Assembly: GCA_018657065.1 (NCBI GenBank)
Contig: JABHXU010000008.1
Coordinates: 6,308 to 70,307, forward strand
Length of the DNA: 64,000 bases
Direction of reading: 5' to 3'
DNA from: an archaeon
Lineage (GTDB): Archaea > Nanobdellota > Nanobdellia > Woesearchaeales > GW2011-AR15
In this document: one piece after another, positions 59,835 through 64,000 of the stretch
Position numbering within the stretch: position 1 is the stretch's first letter
How the letters are laid out: every line of letters begins with the position of its first letter
Made by a program: the position numbers and the translations under genes
The notes under the pieces: model-generated
Told to the model about the DNA's origin: nothing
Databases searched by the model: none
Seen by the model: only the letters and a program-made list of their open reading frames with translations

Positions 59835-60215
59835 ATGACAGAAAAAAATCAGATATATAAATGTGATAAATGTGGAAATATTGTTGAAATTCTTGACAAT
59901 GGAATGGGTACATTAGTATGTTGTGCTCAACCTATGAGATTGTTTAAAGAAATTGAACAAGATGCAGGACAAGAAAAACATGTTCCTGTTGTTGAAAAAA
60001 CACAAACAGGAATAATAGTTAAAGTTGGTGATATTCCTCATCCAATGGATGAAGATCATTATATTCAATGGATTGAAGTAATTGCAAAAGGCGTTATTTA
60101 TAGAAAACATCTTCATCCAGGTGATGAACCAATTGCAGAATTTCCAATTGCAAGTGAAATGTTTACAGTTAGAGAATATTGTAACAAACACGGTGTTTGG
60201 AAAACTAGTAGTTAA
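59835..60215 (+). CDS. dfx: Desulfoferrodoxin (2Fe superoxide reductase)
   Basis: CDKCGN...CC, EKHVP, HPM..DHYIQWI, CNKHG. Confidence 0.95.
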   Translation: MTEKNQIYKCDKCGNIVEILDNGMGTLVCCAQPMRLFKEIEQDAGQEKHVPVVEKTQTGIIVKVGDIPHPMDEDHYIQWIEVIAKGVIYRKHLHPGDEPIAEFPIASEMFTVREYCNKHGVWKTSS

Positions 60216-60233
60216 TTTTTTTTATTTCTTTAA

Positions 60234-60719
60234 TTACTCAAATTCATTCCAACTAACTTCTCTACCTGGATATGCAACTTTCTTAAATGGCCATTTTTCA
60301 TGAATCCATTTTTTTACAGAAGAAAATAAAATTTTATCTAATCCATTTGCTATTTCACTTTTCCTAACCCACATAATAATTACGGCGTCATAATTTGGGT
60401 TATCAGATGGATAAATATACATACATCCAAGACATTCAGATTCATCTAAATTCATCATAGTGTAAGCGAATGAGGTTCTTCTTTGAAATTCTTTTTGATG
60501 CCATCCTAAATCAATCAAATCTTGTTCATAAGATAACTCTTTAGTTGGCCAATTATGATTAGGTCCAAATGGTTTTGTTTTTTGTAAATGATCTATACTA
60601 CTCATTACAGCATCATAATCTAATTTAACATCATTTATTGTAAGCATTCTTAAGCGAAATTTCTCAGTTTCTAAACTTTTAGGAATCTTAAAATCTCTAG
60701 GAACAAATATTTTTTTCAT
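60234..60719 (-). CDS. GNAT/RimJ-like acetyltransferase family protein
   Basis: FRLRML..DV.LDYDAVMSS, SFAYT, CLGCMYIYP, WPF. Confidence 0.75.
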   Translation of the reverse strand: MKKIFVPRDFKIPKSLETEKFRLRMLTINDVKLDYDAVMSSIDHLQKTKPFGPNHNWPTKELSYEQDLIDLGWHQKEFQRRTSFAYTMMNLDESECLGCMYIYPSDNPNYDAVIIMWVRKSEIANGLDKILFSSVKKWIHEKWPFKKVAYPGREVSWNEFE

Positions 60720-60780
60720 TTTAATTATAATGATAAATTAAGTATTATTAATGTTTTGTATTAATCATTTAATTTTTTCG

Positions 60781-61335
60781 TTATTGTAAAATCTTTCTTA
60801 CTAATTCAGGAAACTTTTCAGTTCCCATACCAGCTTGAGTATAATGCCCTTGATTTTTTAATTCGATAATTTCTCCTCCGAGTGCATTATGAAAAATTAT
60901 CAAACTGTCTTTACCTTTAGGATCTTCGTTATCAGAAGTAAACATAATAATTTCTTCTATTCTGTTTGAAACAGTTTTATCAATATCATAAGTATAAAAT
61001 TTTTCTCTAGAACTATCTCCTTTATCATTAACTTTCCAAGGTGCAACAAGAATAAGTTTGAAAATTTTAGTTTTAGTTTCTCCAAGCCAACGAACTAAAA
61101 ATGCACAACCACAACTGTGACCTACTAAAATTGTATTTTTATCAACATCATATTTTTCAAATTCAGATTTAAATTTTTCATAATCAGGTTGCCAAGGAGA
61201 AGGCATTATTGGAGTTTTTGTTTTTATTCCTTTTTCAATAAGTTGCTTTTTAGTCCAAGGAATCCAATGTTTATTATAGGATGAATCATCAGAAGTTGAA
61301 GGACATCCATGAATTATGATACATTTCTTTTCCAT
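60781..61335 (-). CDS. RBBP9/YdeN-family alpha/beta hydrolase (second copy)
   Basis: IIHG, HWIPW, GHSCG, GH. Confidence 0.85.
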   Translation of the reverse strand: MEKKCIIIHGCPSTSDDSSYNKHWIPWTKKQLIEKGIKTKTPIMPSPWQPDYEKFKSEFEKYDVDKNTILVGHSCGCAFLVRWLGETKTKIFKLILVAPWKVNDKGDSSREKFYTYDIDKTVSNRIEEIIMFTSDNEDPKGKDSLIIFHNALGGEIIELKNQGHYTQAGMGTEKFPELVRKILQ

Positions 61336-61475
61336 AACAATTAATGATTGTTAATAGTTTAAAAGATTTTCTTAAGATAATATCAAAGATAAATTACACA
61401 TAGCATTAGAATTAAATAAAAGTTGTTCAATTAAATTTATGAAGTTTTATAGACGAAATAGCTTTAATAAATTTA

Positions 61476-61811
61476 TTATTTTTTGTATCTTGTTGCGATA
61501 TAATCTATTATGATACCATAAAGAATTCCTGCAAAAAATCCTGGCATATCCTTAAATGATGTTGCAAGATAAAATGAACCACTTATTATAAAACCTAGTA
61601 GTGCTCCTCTTAACAAAATTTTAGAAATTCTTTTAGTTTTGATAGGCGATGCTAAACCTATAACAAGACCTATAATAATTCTATTTACCCAAGTTGCTAA
61701 TATGAATAACTCATTTCCTACAAAACCCATCCTTAAACTTATACCAATAATACAAAATATTCCAAGTATTGCACTTGTTACAATAGATATGGTTAATCTT
61801 TTATTTTTCAT
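61476..61811 (-). CDS. Four-TM hypothetical membrane protein
   Basis: GIFCIIG, NRIIIG, RGALLG, AGILYGIIID. Confidence 0.7.
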   Translation of the reverse strand: MKNKRLTISIVTSAILGIFCIIGISLRMGFVGNELFILATWVNRIIIGLVIGLASPIKTKRISKILLRGALLGFIISGSFYLATSFKDMPGFFAGILYGIIIDYIATRYKK

Positions 61812-61936
61812 TTATTAAGTATAGAGTATTAGCATATATAAATTTATAGTAGATATTAATGTGCCAATTATAGGGTAAAAATAAAAAAGAAATTTCTATT
61901 GTTAGTAACTCAAATCTATTGTATATAATATTGGGA

Positions 61937-62103
61937 TCCCTGTTAAATACTTTTACTCTACGAAGTGTGGGAAAATTGCGTCCGCAAAGTAAAATTTCCA
62001 TTTCCAATAAATTCGAACGTAGTGAGTCTATGTGTGCGTAGCACTGGGGAGTTCAGTTCCTTCAAAAGAGCGAAGCGTTACATCAAGAACAAGTATCAAG
62101 GGA
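61937..62103 (+). repeat. Intergenic element rich in GNA-triloop minihairpins
   Basis: ACGAAGT, GAACGTAGTGA, GTGCGTAGCAC, GCGAAGC enclosed by TCCCT/AGGGA and ATACTT/AAGTAT. Confidence 0.55.
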
Positions 62104-62148
62104 CAATTTTTTTAGAAATGAACATCATAAATAGATTGTCTTAATTTT

Positions 62149-62217
62149 TATTTGATTTCAGTAAACTTTATGTTTGATTTCATCTTATGTAATCATAGAA
62201 TATTTGATTTCAGTAAA
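62149..62217 (+). promoter_or_regulatory. Direct repeats upstream of the ABC-exporter operon promoter
   Basis: TATTTGATTTCAGTAAA at 62149-62165 and 62201-62217; partial TGTTTGATTTCA at 62171-62182. Confidence 0.6.
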
Positions 62218-62270
62218 TAAGATATATGTTCTCACATTAAGATATATTAAACTAAATGGAGGTTTGAACA

Positions 62271-62639
62271 ATGGAAACAAATAAAAAAATCATAATTGGA
62301 GTTTTTTCTATGTTATTGGTAGGAATAGCTCTTGTAAGTGCGAGTAGTTATTTTAGTATGAATGAATTACATCAGAGAATGATGGCATCAGACGACTTTG
62401 AAGCTATGCATACAGCAATGATTAGTGGTGACTTTGAAGCAGCAGAGAAATATCATGAAACACTTGATTTTGAATGTCCTATGCACGAGCTAGTAAAAGA
62501 AGGGGATATTTCTACAGATGAATTCCAAGTAATGCACCAATGGATGATAAGTGGTGATTTCCCACAAGAAAAGCCTAAAGAAATAAGTAATGCAGGTTGG
62601 CAATTACATAAGAGTCACCATCCAGAAAGTTATAAGTAA
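62271..62639 (+). CDS. Secreted His/Met-rich protein
   Basis: Signal peptide; repeated MH..MISGDF; CPMH; GGAGG SD. Confidence 0.7.
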   Translation: METNKKIIIGVFSMLLVGIALVSASSYFSMNELHQRMMASDDFEAMHTAMISGDFEAAEKYHETLDFECPMHELVKEGDISTDEFQVMHQWMISGDFPQEKPKEISNAGWQLHKSHHPESYK

Positions 62640-62656
62640 ATAATAGGGTTTGAAAA

Positions 62657-63946
62657 ATGTTACGATATGCTGTAAAAGAATTAGTCAAAAGAAAAAAGAA
62701 ATATGCTCTGAATATACTAGTAATAAGTTTAGTGGTAGTTTTACTTATTACATTAACTTCTCTTAATACAGCTTATAAAGATGCTTCAAAACTCCCATTT
62801 GAAAGCATTCATAGTAGCATAATTGTCCAAAAGAATGGAAATGTTGCAGAGAATACTACTGGGGCGCTTGTTTCATGTTCTTTAGCACCTATAAAAAAAG
62901 ATCTCATAAGTAATATTAAATCATTAGACGGTGTTTCAGAAGTGTCATACGGCTTGTCATTATGGGTTTTTGATGAAGATACTTTTAAGCGAGTTCTTGG
63001 AGTTAATTGGGATGATTCTCTTGGGAGGAAAATAAAATCCAAAATATACGTTGGTTCTTTGCCACAATCTGATGAAAAAATAATTGTTGAGAAAACATTT
63101 GCTCAAGAAAACAACATCATATTAAATCAAAAAATAATCATATCGGGTGAAGCATTTATTGTTGCTGGACTCAGTGAAACATCTGGAAAGGATATTGTTT
63201 CATCAGACATCTATGCAAATCTTAAACCAGTACAAGAGATGGCGTACAACTCAAAGAATCTCCAAGATACAGAAACATTTGATAGATCTGATATTAATAT
63301 AATCTTTGTTGATGCAAAACAGACAAAAGTGGCTGATGTATCTGAGGAATTAGATTCTTTACTGAATAAGCAAGACTCTTTTTCAGGAAAAACACCAACA
63401 GGACAAAAAATTGGATCTTATTCCATTTATACTCCTGAATCATTTGAAAATCAAATAAGTTCAATATTCAACATATCTGACAAGATTGTTTTATTGTTAA
63501 CTATTGTAATATTAATCGGTACTGCACTCATTCTCTTTAAGAGCATGGCTCATGCAATCACTGAAAGAAAAAAAGAGTTTGGAATAATGAAAGCAGTAGG
63601 ATTCACAAATAAAGATTTGAAAAAACAATTAACACTAGAAATATTAATCCAAGTAATAGTGGGCTTTTTAATTGGGATTCTAATTTCACTAATGGTGCTT
63701 TTTGCATTGTCAGGATTAACAGTTTCAGTAAATATTCCTTGGGAATTAAATCCATATCCCCATTTTTTAGCAAGTAATCCAAGTTCTGTTAATACAATAC
63801 AAACTTATCCATTGCCAATACAATTTAATCCACAGCAGGTTATTTTGCCAATGCTAAGCATATTAATAATAAGTTTTCTCACCATTCACATATTGCTTAA
63901 AAATATAGGGAAGCTAAAGCCAATGGAGGTATTAAAATATGAATGA
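62657..63946 (+). CDS. ABC transporter permease (MacB/FtsX family)
   Basis: ERKKEFGIMKAVGF, C-terminal KLKPMEVLKYE. Confidence 0.9.
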   Translation: MLRYAVKELVKRKKKYALNILVISLVVVLLITLTSLNTAYKDASKLPFESIHSSIIVQKNGNVAENTTGALVSCSLAPIKKDLISNIKSLDGVSEVSYGLSLWVFDEDTFKRVLGVNWDDSLGRKIKSKIYVGSLPQSDEKIIVEKTFAQENNIILNQKIIISGEAFIVAGLSETSGKDIVSSDIYANLKPVQEMAYNSKNLQDTETFDRSDINIIFVDAKQTKVADVSEELDSLLNKQDSFSGKTPTGQKIGSYSIYTPESFENQISSIFNISDKIVLLLTIVILIGTALILFKSMAHAITERKKEFGIMKAVGFTNKDLKKQLTLEILIQVIVGFLIGILISLMVLFALSGLTVSVNIPWELNPYPHFLASNPSSVNTIQTYPLPIQFNPQQVILPMLSILIISFLTIHILLKNIGKLKPMEVLKYE

Positions 63947-64000
63947 ACTAATTACAGTCAAGGAATTATCAAAAACTTTGGGAAAAGTTAAAGCAGTAAA
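63939..64000 (+). CDS. Probable ABC transporter ATP-binding protein, 3'-truncated
   Basis: MNELITVKELSKTLGKVKAV overlapping the permease stop. Confidence 0.7.
   Translation, partial: MNELITVKELSKTLGKVKAV

Noticed and set aside
2914-63042. Many short antisense or alternate-frame ORFs in the track (e.g. 12372..12773, 37937..38242, 43016..43522, 49939..50139, 61801..62007)
   Set aside because: They overlap well-supported genes, tRNAs or structured non-coding regions and show shadow-ORF composition.
1-64000. CRISPR array or cas genes
   Set aside because: No regularly spaced repeats with unique spacers; the repeats at 62149-62217 are only 2-3 short copies with uneven spacing.

Overview
Strongly AT-rich archaeal chromosome segment. 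Housekeeping genes (Spt5, aIF2-gamma, L30e, S17e, L37e, Alba, Lsm, proteasome alpha, exosome Rrp4/41/42, Rpo6, short Dph2) and the overall style suggest a DPANN lineage, most likely Woesearchaeota/Nanoarchaeota (inference). It holds about 70 CDS and three tRNAs: Arg-TCG with a D-loop insertion, Gly-TCC and Leu-TAG. No CRISPR array, rRNA or transposase was seen. The strongest lead is a dNTP-supply locus at 19.4-26.3 kb. Tandem NrdR-box-like palindromes precede an intact class II ribonucleotide reductase that has no ATP-cone. It is followed by a full-length paralog that has an ATP-cone and keeps the thiyl-radical Cys, but lacks both redox cysteines, the catalytic Asn/Glu and the C-terminal Cys tail; PduO, ThyA and DHFR follow. 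The second lead is a dispersed set of short hairpin elements (GNA/AAA-loop minihairpins). They interrupt a DUF1653 gene, sit between duplicated tRNA 3' ends, occur inside tRNA-Arg and lie between operon genes. Other items: a promoter-preceded ~150-nt candidate ncRNA, a divergent 2-oxoacid oxidoreductase pair, a gene split by one in-frame TGA, uncalled microproteins and a recurring promoter motif. All calls come from motif reading by eye; no database search or folding program was run.
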